Of a stretch of 64,000 nucleotides of DNA, positions 13,820-26,047 are shown piece by piece; the first letter of the stretch is position 1; the number at the start of each line of letters is the position of its first letter. The notes under the pieces were generated by a model. The model was given only the letters and a program-made list of their open reading frames with translations. It was not told the origin of the DNA and did no database searches. A program made the position numbers and the translations under genes. This stretch comes from Macrostomum hystrix (lineage: Eukaryota > Animalia > Platyhelminthes). The stretch covers positions 59,547-123,546 of the forward strand of contig CATNEN010000036.1 of the NCBI GenBank assembly GCA_950097015.1, written 5' to 3'.

Positions 13820-16775
13820 TCACCATTGGATCAGCTGATGAGGCTAACAAAGAGCACACTGCAAGGCTTGGACTATGATTTGAAGCACAGCGGTGAGTGT
13901 CAATAGATGCGCTAGAGGAATTTGAGTCTCAAATCTCTTGTGTCTCAAATCTCTTCTGTCTCATCTCTCCTCTGTCTCAACTCTCTTCTGTTTCAAATCT
14001 CCCCTATCTCAAATCTCACGTGTCTCATCTCTCCCGTGTCTCATCTCTCCCGTGTCTCATCTCTCCACTGTATAATCTCTCCCCTGTATAATCTCTCCCT
14101 GTATAATCTCTCCCCTGTATAATCTCTCCCCTGTATAATCTCTCCCCTGTATAATCTCTCCCCTGTATAATCTCTCCCTGTATAATCCCTCCTCTGTCTC
14201 AAATCTCCCCTATCTCAAATCTCACGTGTCTCATCTCTCCCGTGTCTCATCTCTCCACTGTATAATCTCTCCCCTGTATAATCTCTCCCCTGTATAATCT
14301 CTCCCCTGTATAATCTCTCCCTGTATAATCTCTCCTCTGTCTCAAATCTCCCCTGTATAATCTCTCCTCTGTCTCAAATCTCAAATGAGATCTCTCTCCA
14401 TGATTCAGCAATCTCATTAGATTACTGCAGCGCTAAGATTGCGAAATGGCGTTGAAAAGTGAATTATTCGGGCCACATCATCTTGACACTGGGCCATTAA
14501 ACTCGCTCGCCTGTTTACGTTGTGGAATTCGCAGCTGCAGTTTAGTTGACTTTTCAAATTGCAGCGCAGAAAAAATAATATATATGCAAAGCACATCCAG
14601 CGCCTGGGATCTGATCCTCATGCAGTTAATCCCAGTCGGTGAGTGACAGCGTCTGTCAATTGCGACCCTGGGATCGTGCCGCTTTCAAGTGTCTTGCCCT
14701 GCAATGATCCAAGCAGTTCACCAGTGTGCATGGGTCACTAAACAGGTTCTTAGTGTTGGTAAAGAATCTCAACCCACTTTACTTCTTTAGCCTGCGTATA
14801 TGCTTGCGGGTTTAGCAGCTCTATAAGGATTGGAGAGATCGTTGGCACTTCAAATTTGTTCGTCCCTAGTTTGTTATCCGCTTGGCCAGGGTTTTTTATT
14901 ATTTTTTTGTTCGAACTGGGATTGGGGACATTGCGTGGATGGCAATTTCAAATGTCAAGGGTAATCAAGCTTGACATTGAAATCGTTGGGGAGGCTTGGG
15001 GAGAAGTTTTAGAAGGGGCCCATCACCGGACCGCATTTCGATAAATATTTTCGTAAGACTTGTTATCGAATGCTTATCAACACTCGGGTGGCCTGCGTTG
15101 GTATAGTCATGTAGAAGAGAGCTATCGATAAACACACCCCCGCGATCACCAGACACCATCCTTCAAGCAGCACAGAGGATGCTTGGACTGAGGCTTCCCA
15201 TCCTGTCATGCGGATATGTGGGAACTATACATCGCTAGTGCTGTCCACTTTGCCTTCAATGACACTTTTAATCTCGCATGACAATATTCCGATGTAAGAT
15301 TAGGCGCTGCGTCAACAATATGCGGAGAATCGCGCAAGTGACAAATTCATTTGCAGATAAGGGGGCTCCCTCGATGTGAAACTGCCCCGCTAGCAGTGAG
15401 AGCAAGCGATGTCGGCCTAAATGGGAAAGTTTAGATAACGGTCTCAGTGAAATATTGGGTCCTCCGGGTGCGCCTAGAAAACTTAGCCCAGTTTGTATTT
15501 GAATATTGCATTTTCAATCGCTGACAGAGGTCATTTGTCTTACTTTGATGCCGGCCAAACATAAGTGGAGACGCATGGGATCATGCTTGTGTCCAGCTTC
15601 CCAGCATCAAACAGATTCCTCACCGATTGGCACGGATTAGCGGCCTGTTATTTATGACTGCAGGCCCAAGTCGCGTACCGAATGTGTCCTAGGATATTGA
15701 GAATCCACTTAATCAGTCATGTCATGCATCCGGCCTCTCTTTCAACAGATCGGCTGACAAAACCTAACTGTTATGCCAGTGTGTTTAGACAACCGAAAAC
15801 AATATAGACTGCATTATCTGTGTCCATGATGATTCTGGCTTCAAGTTTTCACCGACGAGAGTCTTTATATTTACTTTTAGCTGCTGGGTGGCCGGCATTG
15901 CATCAACATTGAAATGAATTCGGGGATTTGGGGATTGGATGAAAGCGATGATACTATTCTGTGTTTGTGTAGGCGCGGTTGCATCTGTTTTAGAGTTTTC
16001 AGCGCGTATACAGTATACTGCGATGTATCGGCTTTTGTTAACAGTTGTCGGGACAGTAACTGATGACAATGATGGCTTACCGGGCGCTATTTTTGCGAAC
16101 AAAGGGAATATTATTATAAAAACAAACTTAGAATATTCGTAGGAAAAAACTCTAATCGATCAGCCTCTATAAAGCATTGCTCACAACCCAACAGATGCGG
16201 AAGGCTCGCTCGTGACACTCTGGTCTGAAAAGAACGGCTTCAGGCGGCGTCGCAAGACCCGGACGGCCTTTACAAGCAAGCAGCTCAGCGTGCTGGAAGA
16301 GCGCTTCCATGAGCAGAAGTACCTGACTCCGAATATGCGCGACGAGATTGCACAGTCTCTGGGACTAACCAACGCCCAGGTGATCACCTGGTTCCAGAAT
16401 CGTCGGGCAAAGATGAAGCGCGAAAACGAGGAGCTGAAGAACGACATGATGGCGACGCGAACGACGACTGGAACCATTGACGACGACGAGACTGCAGTCG
16501 ATGACGACGATGTTGATGACATCGGAGCCGAGCAGGACGTTGAAGATCTAGACGAGCCGATCAATCTGTCCGTTGATCTGGGACTCCGTCATCGGGCCAG
16601 CGGAAAGCGATCGACTGCAGACCGACATGACCAGCCGTCGACTTCTTCATGTTCGTCATCTGGTGGCGATTCTTCCAACATCGAAGACGAAGACGCGGAG
16701 GAGGCTGTGGCGGACACTCCGAAGCTGCTTAGCGCCAGCCACATCAAGAAGCGCAAACTGCTGTCCACAGCCTGA
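13571..16775 (+). CDS. LBX: Ladybird/Lbx-class (NKL) homeobox transcription factor, 2 exons, about 300 aa
   Basis: join(13571..13892,16195..16775), phase-1 GT-AG intron (G|gtgagt ... acag|AT) restores the frame. Homeodomain RRKTRTAFTSKQLSVLEERFHEQKYLTPNMRDEIAQSLGLTNAQVITWFQNRRAKMKR carries the Lbx-typical LTNAQVITWFQNRRAK. N-terminal eh1-like FLIRDLL; SPLDQLMRLTKSTLQGL resembles the Lbx SPLxALEELASKTFKGL motif. Confidence 0.9.
13925..14390. repeat. Pyrimidine-rich 16-17-bp minisatellite at the 5' end of the lbx intron
   Basis: Units TCTCATCTCTCCCGTG and TATAATCTCTCCCCTG; begins about 30 nt after the donor site. Confidence 0.9.
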
Positions 16776-19700
16776 TGATGATGAGGCACAAGTTGGCTTC
16801 ATTTACTGGTTTCAATCGAGTAAATAGTAACTCCTTGGATCCCTCTCACTTTCATCACTCTCTCGCCAGCTCTAAATGCGAATCTCATCTAGTTACCGTC
16901 TTATCTTTCCTATTCGATAGCTTAATTCGATTTCATTCATGATTTAGTTGCTTATGTCTATCAGTTAATTTAGGAGGACTTGCACATACTTATAGGATTG
17001 TCACATCTAAGCCCTGTACATATTGGTTGAACATCTTATTTGTTATTGTTTTAACTACGATGTTAATATGTATTATTACAAATTCTAATTAGCAGCCAGC
17101 TCGATACACGTATCATGCATACTCACACACACACACACATATATATATACATATATGTATTCATCTATAAATTTGTAACTCGTATGGTATATAATATCTT
17201 TCCTGATTTTTACAGCCTTTTTTCTGTACAACTAACTATTGGCTTGCTTGTCTGCCTTACAATCAGTTTTACTCTGCTCTATTGTTGTCTTGGCTGCCGC
17301 ATTAATAATAGATAGATTCCCTGTAATCAAGCTAAAACAAACAAAAATTATTCAAAATTATACAGTTTAACTATATCTTATGGTTAACATTTGCGTGTTT
17401 ATGAGGCTCTCTACCTCAATGCTAGTTTGATTCTCTTCAAATATTTTTATTGCGTAAGCTAGTCTCTGATGGACAATGGGCATCCACTATACTAAAAATG
17501 AAATGCTTGCTTGCTTGGTTGCTTATTATCTAAAGTTACCGGATGTAAAAGATGACAAATGATGAGACCAATGATTACTAGCTAATCTATTGCAAAAATA
17601 TTCGCTACCAACGCGCAATGATCTTTGACTGCAGCAAAAGTCGCGCTGGTCCAGATGACAAATCACTAACGCAAGCCTACACCAGACAGAAAAATAATAA
17701 GTTAAGTCTGGTCCTACATTACACAGTATTCTTCCTTGTCTCGCGGGATTTCAAAAATATTTTCCGATGTATATTAGGAGACAGTGGACACCGGAACGCT
17801 GGAACAGCCGCTCTGGGAGTTGCCAAGGTGTTTGAATTCTTCGTCTATGGTGCAAATAATTTACGCGCAGTTTCTGGCCATTGAAGTGTTTGGCAGCGGG
17901 TCTTTCGTTAAGAGTGTCTTGCAGTGGGCGGCATTGGATGTTTTATACCTATAAGGGGGAGGGGAGCAAAAACCTTCTCTTTTTCAATTTTGCCACTGGC
18001 CATACTTTCAAAAATGCTTTGCCGTTACTTTAATAATAACCGTGTTCTACAGAAAGTGCCACATAGCCTAATACAATTCTTAAATAAAAAAACTGTTCGA
18101 AATCTCCAGGAATGCTGCATGTCCAGCAGCTGCTTGGGACCCAACCACTCAGCCAAATATTCCCTTTGAAATTCTCCCCCACTGCCAACTAATGCATTAG
18201 TGAACAAAATACTATATAGACAAGTAATTGGCTTCCCACACTGCAGGGTAGGGCAGAGAGAGCCTATATAAAATTGATTGCTAACAGGTCTCTGTCCTGT
18301 CTGTTTCACTCGAATATACAGTATATAATATGTAGGTATGTTTTAGTTGGGGACAAAGCTTACGTCTCGCCAACCACCTCAATGGGATGACAGCTTTAAC
18401 AAGTTGGCCGCCAATAATGCCTGCGGTTTGCCAGCCAAAGAAGCCACCACACACAATGAGGTGGACGATGCTGCGCCCAGTGCCAGCAATTGTGATACTT
18501 CATGCAGGGTAGTGGGCATTTTGACGGGCGCACGCAGATACAACAGTCGGTCTATGCACTGCTTTTGTGCCAATAACTAAACGTAAATTCCTGGTTAAAA
18601 AACATAGATCTACAGCACCCGGCAACAACCACCCCACGCTAAGTTTCAAAATCTCAGTCAGTCAGTCAGTCAGTCAGTCGATCAGTACGCCTTTCCCGCT
18701 TCCACTCACCTAGCCAACAACCGCAGTAAAGCAGCCAAACCCCATGCAATCTCTCCACTTTGGGATCCGTAATTACTGTCGATGACAAATGACAGCGCCT
18801 GCCATCATAGCTGATACTGGTTCGGCTGCAGAGGACTGTCGCTTCCTCAGTCATCAGTAGAGTAGCTGCCTAGTATTGGCCGTTTGGCGCTGCCAATGCC
18901 AAAAGGCAGTTTGAAATCGGAGCCAATTCAGATATATAGATTATCAGATGCGTGTTGCGGCGTAACACTGGAGACAACTAGTTTTTACTGCTGCACTGCT
19001 GCAGAAAATCTGGAAAGGAATTCCAATATGTCTCCGCCCCCCAGACCCGTGATCCGGACCACTTCGCGAAGGCATTCCATTTGCAATTCCGAGCAGCTGG
19101 GTTTGGGAAGTTGCGGCACTTCTAAGGAATTGCTCCGAATACCCTGCCACTACTTATCGGCACCTCCTTTGCCCAATTTCCTTCTTTCCGGTGCCAAAGC
19201 TTACTGCTTTCGGGGGTGGATAATTTTCATCATGAAGCAGCCATAAAAACTCATTCACTTTTGCTTGGCCCCACTTTGTTTTACTGTCTTTGGTGTCTTG
19301 ATACCATTTTCTGTTTGACAAATCCATTAAACAACGCTGTTCAACTCTTCACTCTCTCTGGACTTCAGAAGCCATGCATGTATTTCATGCGATGTTCTAC
19401 AACGATAGGATCCAGTAAATTACATGCCGTATGTATACGAATTCAGCATAGGAAGCAGTACATGCATAATGCATAGGTATGTAGTGCCAAAATAGTTAAC
19501 GAAGAAATAATTGGCTCATCTTCTAATTCTTTATTATCACAATTGCTGCAGTAAAAAACGAGTCCGCGCCTAAAAGACATAGGAGTGCATGGATCAAAAG
19601 AAAAGTATAAAAAACTAGTTTATTTAGCAATTCATACAAAGCTCTGCTCTGCTAAAAAGATAATGTTCGAGACAACAAATTTGCAGGTAAAAATATACCG

Positions 19701-21450
19701 TTTTCTAAAGCTTTTCACTGTTATGTAAAATTTTACGCATGTAATCGTCTGTATCGTCGATCGTCAGTAGAGCTCTTTTGAGAGCTAGTTTTTTTAGAAT
19801 GCACGCCTATTCGATGCCATATTTTATACGGTAATGCAATGTAATCCATGACACACTCGATAAATAATTTACGGTAGAACTGACGATAATTTTTCGAAAA
19901 TGTAAGCTTATGTTTCGACGAAATTTCTACAGATAATGACTACTATATACCGACTCAAAATCGTCACAGTATCTTTTGGCGCTAGTTCTGATCATTTAAT
20001 TAAAAACCATCGGACGAAATCCGATTTCATACAAGCTCGTTGAAAAATCAAACCATCAGCACCGCGCGGTGCTTTTAATGATTCAATCGATAAAACAAAA
20101 CCTAGTTTTTATTAACTGCAAATAGCATTTTCTTAACGTTGTATGTAGTTTATTTATTTAAAAATAATTATAAAACTGATGCTGAGTAAAACGAACAATG
20201 TACACGATATTTTACAATTTTTAGCTAACAACTAAAAAAGTTTAATCTGCCGTTCAGTGATCATTTTATTTGCATAAACTGATAAACTTTAAGATGCGTA
20301 ATTTAGAGAACAAAGATGCCAGCTAGTCAGCCCAAGTCTCATACGTTCGTAAAAAACGAGATAAGGCAAGTCAAGGCGGTCGCGGACTCGGGTTTGAGTC
20401 CGATGGCCTGCAAATTAGCAAATATGAATAATTAGGCAAAAATATTTTGCTTAATTTGTCATGATTTATCGTTTTTAACTCTTTGTACTAAATCTTTCGG
20501 ACGCTTTTAAAACATACAACATAACTGTGCATTGCCATCAATCAAAACACGCAAAAATGCTATGTATTCTGAATTTAGCGACTATTTAACATATTAAGTC
20601 TTAGTATATAGAGTGCAGTTACTTTACAACTAAATGCTAAACAATCCCTGCAAACTTAAGAGTATAAACTTAGGGAAGGAAATTTTGAAAGATAGAAACT
20701 TTAGAGTTATTTAAAGCAAATGAAATGACGAATGTAAAAATAGTATAACATAAAAATATACAAACTTTTGAAGGACAATGGAAGTCAAAAAGAGTAGAAA
20801 TTAACATATTTTTTTGTCTGCTAATATGTCAGATGTTACTGGTGATTTTGATTTTTATTTAGTTTACAAGTGCTCAATTCATTTGGCATTTGAGCATAGA
20901 TATGTAAATCCTTAAACTGCAGCTCAAATGCAAGGGCTAAGATTTAGTAAGTTCTAGTTGTTATTGGTCGTTGCTAAAGGGTTAGGACTTTTCAATTTAA
21001 GATTTTTGGATCTTTGATGAGATGCTAGATGTTTCTTTGTGAATGGATAATGCTTTAAGAAATTGTAATAAATGTTTAAGAAATTTAAGGTTATTTTAAT
21101 AAAAACATATATATATTTAAGTAAGAAAACATTTATACATAGAAAGTTATTGCATTTCTATTTTGAATTTCTCCACATACTTTGAAATGCTTGTTCAAAA
21201 ATCTGCATAAATGCTTTTTGTTGGCTTAAACATATATTTTCTTCAGATTTATTGCAATTACGATTAGAAACCTATCTTTGTCTTTTTGGATTCTTTCTAA
21301 ATAGCGAAAATGTAGCTTTTCGATTTGCAAAATATAAATAACTAGTCTACCATTAGTTGCAATGCATGTATCTTATTACTAAAAGTAGACAAATGAATCA
21401 AAGTTGTTTCTGAAGTATGTTTTAGCCATTGAAATTTCAGCCCAGCAGTC

Positions 21451-23962
21451 ATGGCCGAGAAGAAGGAAGGCAAGGAACCAAAGAATGCTGTCCACCAGAA
21501 CGCTATCATGGTTGAAACCATCAAGAAGGAGAATTTTCACCAGAAGCTCTACACCAGCTATGGTGTCAATCCGTTTAGAAAGAGTAAGAAGCTACACATA
21601 GTTTTATTTCTGAACTACGGGATAACGTTATACTTAATAATTGTCACTATATTTGGACCTTAATTCTGAGGGCTAAATTTGGAAATCACACAAATCAACA
21701 AAAATGGACCAGAAATGATTTGCTCCTCTAATTTTCTCGAGTTTTTCTATTTCATTTAATTTTTAGTTCACACTCTGACACCGAAGCCAAACGCTCCGCC
21801 GGAGGATCTGTCAAGCATTACCGAGGAAGACAGTGAGTTAAACCCTGTGTTTAAGGATCTAATTCAATTGCTGCACTCGTAATGTCTTAAAAGTGCAGAT
21901 TTGGGTTTGACTGCCCCTGCCTATTTCTAGGCCATTTTGTTGGCGTCATCGAGCGAGCCCATCTGGAGCCGACAAAAAAGTACACAGTGCCGCAGACGGA
22001 ATCGCAAGAGATCGGATGGATCACCAAGCCTTTGGTCAGTGAAGCCTTTGGTGATTGATCTTGATAAACGTTCGATGAAATATCATAGCGCGAGCTAGAA
22101 GTAGAGTGCCAGAGGAGGTATTAGTGCCAGAGGAGGTATTAGAGTGCCAGAGGAGGTATTGGTGCCAGAGGAGGTATTAGAGTGCCAGAGGAGGTATTAG
22201 AGTGCCAGAGGAGGTATTAGAGTGCCAGAGGAGGTATTAGAGTGCCAGAGGAGGTATTAGAGTGCCAGAGGAGGTATTAGAGTGCCAGAGGAGGTATTAT
22301 AGTGCCAGAGGAGGTATTATAGTGCCAGAGGAGGTATTAGAGTGCCAGAGGAGGTATTAGAGTGCCAGAGGAGGTATTATAGTGCCAGAGGAGGTATTAG
22401 AGTGCCAGAGGAGGTTTATAGTGCCAGAGGAGGTATTATAGTGCCAGAGGAGGTATTAGAGTGCCAGAGGAGGTATTAGAGTGCCAGAGGAGGTATTAGT
22501 GCCAGAGGAAGTGTTGTACTCGCGACTTCCCGGAGGGGTGCCCCTAGGAGGGTCAGAGTACGCGGGCCCGTGCTGGCCTGCGTCAGGGCGCGAGTGTCCG
22601 CACGGGACCCTAAGTCTGGGGCGTCAGGACGCACCCAAGTGGCCGGCACACGCGTCGGGACGCTGTGATGTCGATCACCCTTCAGCGGGGCGTCAGGGCG
22701 CACGAGCTGGCGTCTGAGTACAGCGGGCGTACAGTACAGGGTGACCCCTGGCTGGCTACCTGGTCTAGTCCCCCTCCTTAGTCGGCGTCAGGACACACGG
22801 ACGGTCCCCACTACAGCCCCCGAAATGAAGGAGACAAGGCAGCGACTTACTTCTGGTTCACTCGCACTCGTGCGTGTAGTCAACTTCGTGCAGCGGACTT
22901 CTGATGGCGGCTGGCAGACCGGGTGGTCGATATTTATTAGTTATTATTTGTGCGTGGGGGACGGGTTAAGGAAACAGTGGTCAGGCGTTGTAGAGCGTGA
23001 ACACGCGCACGGGGCAGCCACCCGCCCCCGGCCGCGCCTTTATAGGACACGGCTCACCAAGGGCCGGGGCCCCCTCCCCCGCCCCACCCCCACCCACCAC
23101 CCCGGCCCAGCTACCCACCGGCCAATCACGGCGCAGCTGGGGGAGGGGCAGCCTGGGGCGAGGACCAAAAATGGCGGCCCAGCCAACCACCGCGCAGCCA
23201 AAACAATGGCGGCTAAGCGGCGTACACCGCTGAGCCTTTACCGCCAAAACAACAATGCCAAAAACAACTGCGAGTGCACTTGTTGCGCAGGGGGGGCGAG
23301 TGCACTTGAGCAGTGCAAGCGCACGTGCACAACAGAAGTATTAGTGCCAGAGGAGGTATTAGAGTGCCAGAGGAGGTATTAGAGTGCCAGAGGAGGTATT
23401 AGTGCCAGAGGAGGTATTAGTGCCAGAGGAGGTATTAGAGTGCCAGAGGAGGTATCAGAGTGCCAGAGGAGGTATTAGAGTGCCGGAGGAGGTATTAGAG
23501 TGCCGGAGGAGGTATTAGAGTGCCAGAGGAGGTATTAGAGTGCCAGAGGAGGTATTAAAGTGCCAGAGGAGGTATTAGAGTGCCAGAGGAGGTATTAGAG
23601 TGCCAGAGGAGGTATTATAGTGCCAGAGGAGGTATTAGTGCCAGAGGAGGTATTAGTGCCAGAGGAGGTATTAGAGTGCCAAAGGAGGTATAAGAGTGCC
23701 AGAGGATGACATTGGAGTGTCAGAGGGGGTAGTGGAGTGCCAGATAGTCAATGGATTGCCTATCTGGGTTATCAGTTTTCAAATAATGAAGTTGCTTTCT
23801 TTATCTCTGTATTTATCACTTTCATTGTCACTTCAGCTAGAAACCAACAAAGCCGACAGTAGGCTCTACTTCCCGAAGAACACCTGCGAAATCACCAAAT
23901 ACATGGACGCATATTGGCGGTTCAAAGGCGCGGACGGCAAGACCGAGGCCAAGAAGGCATAA
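21451..23962 (+). CDS. CFAP144: FAM183/CFAP144-family ciliary protein, 4 exons, 142 aa
   Basis: join(21451..21583,21767..21832,21931..22034,23837..23962), phases 1,1,0 consistent. Motifs VHQNAIMVE..K..QKLYTSYGVNPFRKIHTL and PTKKYTVPQTESQEIGW match FAM183A-type motifs as remembered. Confidence 0.85.
22104..23705. repeat. 20/18-bp minisatellite (AGTGCCAGAGGAGGTATT[AG])n, interrupted by a solo LTR
   Basis: Arrays at about 22104-22511 and 23335-23705 within CFAP144 intron 3. Confidence 0.95.
22512..23334 (-). mobile_element. Solo LTR (823 bp), probably Ty3/Gypsy-type
   Basis: Ends TGTTGT...ACAACA; 4-bp TSD GAAG (22508-22511 and 23335-23338); minus-strand TATAAA (23044-23039) and AATAAA (22938-22933); GC-rich; no PBS, PPT or internal domain. 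Confidence 0.85.
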
Positions 23963-25783
23963 TCTCTTTAAATGGCGGCCAGTTAAGTGTTTCCCATAGC
24001 AACGGAATAATAGTTGAACTTACTTTCTCTTCATTTTTTGTCAATTCCTCTCGGATGTGTTATTATTCGTGTAACTATTTATTTTTGCATGCGCTTAAAA
24101 TCTATACCGTATTTGCTTGTTGAATACGTCAGTTTTTTAGCCACAAGCCAAATTTTGGTAAGAAGTTATTCTGCTGTCTCAAAGTAAGTTTATTTTGTTT
24201 AACTGCTTCTTCTTAAAAAATCGAAGAAAAACTGATAGGAGTGAATTTTTCTTACTAAGCTTCATAGCGACGCAAATATATGAATATATTCTTTAATTTC
24301 TCACATACAAACTAATGAAAATGTACGTAGTTAAAGAAGACATGTTGAATGTTGAGTTTTATTCTTTTCCTGACGCTTTTCCTTAAAAAGAAGTCCCAAT
24401 GAAAGAGAAAAAAAATCGGAGAAAATTATAGAAATATTAGTAATGTGTAAAGATTTGATGACATGAAAGAAATATTTTTTAACTGCTTTAATTGACACTT
24501 GACACTAAATTCAGTAGAGTGCTTCCGCTCAGCTGCAAACATGCACTGGGAGGAAAATGGGGTGGGTTTGGCGGCCTTCCCAGTCCACCGACTGAACGGC
24601 TGTGCAAAATCGTTGGGAAGCTACGAAGCTATATATGCCACTTGGTGGTACATCTACTGTATATGGTCCAATTGGGCAAAGTTTATCGGCCATGAATTCG
24701 TGCATCACCTTCATTGTTCGTGAAGAGTTTTGCGTGTTGATCAGACACACGAAACTCCCACTTCTAGACAATGGGCAATGGGGAACAATTGCCTAGGAAT
24801 TTATAACAGTCACGTGACACTTACTGCAATTGCTTCTTGTTCCTTGAGTAGTTTGTAGTCTTCTGGTCTTCGAAAGCCGGCGGTTCTTATTCTCCTAGTA
24901 CTGATCGACCGTGAAGTATCGATTCTGTTGCTTCTTGAGTCTTTGTAGTCTTGTCTTCTTTGTCTTCTTGGCAGCTGCTTGAGTTTGTCTGTTGGCCAAT
25001 AAATGACGAGAGCGAATCAGACTACTTGTCGGTTTCCTCGAGCTCGGAATTCACAATAGAAACGTGCGCCCTAGTGAACAATTGAAATCTCTCTTGTAAA
25101 GATTCTCTAATAGGTCATCCTGAAGGGCGTCTTCTTCGTTACCTCCGAAAGATAACGGATAACTCAAATCAAATCAATCAATAATCCTCTAGGAATGTAT
25201 CCTAGGAAACAAGGAGGCCTTTCTCAAATGTATCGACTATATGTGGCTCTCGTAAACTCAGTTCAATTCAACAACGATTGCTAGCAATAAATAACTGTCT
25301 AGTAAAGCGCTTACCACTTGTCTTTCCCTCAGAGATGAGTCCTCTTCTTCGTAAGGTGTTTTGAAGTCCGGTGGACCGCTTCGAGTCTGAATTTTCAGCT
25401 CAGATTTTCGCTTGAATTTATAGTAAAATTTTGGGGAAAAACCGGTTCTACTACCGGGTGTTTACTTAGGCCACACATATTTGTTTAGTGAGTCATGATT
25501 GTGAGTTTTACCATATTTGGAATATTGTGTAAATACAGATACAGAAACCGATGAGTCATAATTGTTTGTCTTACCATATTTGGAATTCAAGCAAATCCAG
25601 CTGTCGAGAACCAGTTCTCCGGTTTCATGTCACATGACTTGTTTCTAAAAATAGCGCATGACTCATTCCTAAAAATAGATTAAACGTTATGGCTGAGGTT
25701 TCCTTGTGGCATTACTTTAAGTAGCGCGTTAAGTAAAAGCATATTTTACAACTCTCTACATTCGGGTTGTAGCCTATAGAGAA

Positions 25784-26047
25784 GGGTTGTAGCCTAGAGG
25801 TTAGAGCGTCCGATTCACGACTTGAAGGTCAGGGGTTCGATTCTCGGCTCCAACGGAACAATTTGTATCCTAATTTAGCACGACTCTTAGCCATGCATTT
25901 GCTTTAGTTCACCCAGCTCTTAAACGGATACCAGCATTTGCTGGTATTTGATGGACTGAACAGCCGTACGCAGCCTTCAGATGCGCCGCGCAATAGCTGC
26001 GGCTGTGCTGTCGGCTGCAAATCTGATCTTATTATAGGGCAGGTGCT
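25784..26047 (+). mobile_element. tRNA-derived SINE, family B, copy 1
   Basis: tRNA-like head GTAGCCTAGAGGTTAGAGCG...CACGA...GGTTCGATTCTC, then GTTCACCCAGCT...TACCAGC core; an inverted copy lies at 27.8-28.1 kb. Confidence 0.85.

Noticed and set aside
20058-20073. 16-bp GC palindrome AGCACCGCGCGGTGCT as a Helitron 3' hairpin
   Set aside because: The nearest CTAG is about 28 nt away rather than about 11, and no 5' TC end or second copy was seen.
22476-23382. GC-rich ORFs of 75-213 aa
   Set aside because: They lie inside the solo LTR and have no gag/pol motifs.
25784-25855. tRNA-Val(CAC)-like gene
   Set aside because: It is the head of SINE family B, continuing into a core shared with the inverted copy; the acceptor stem is incomplete.
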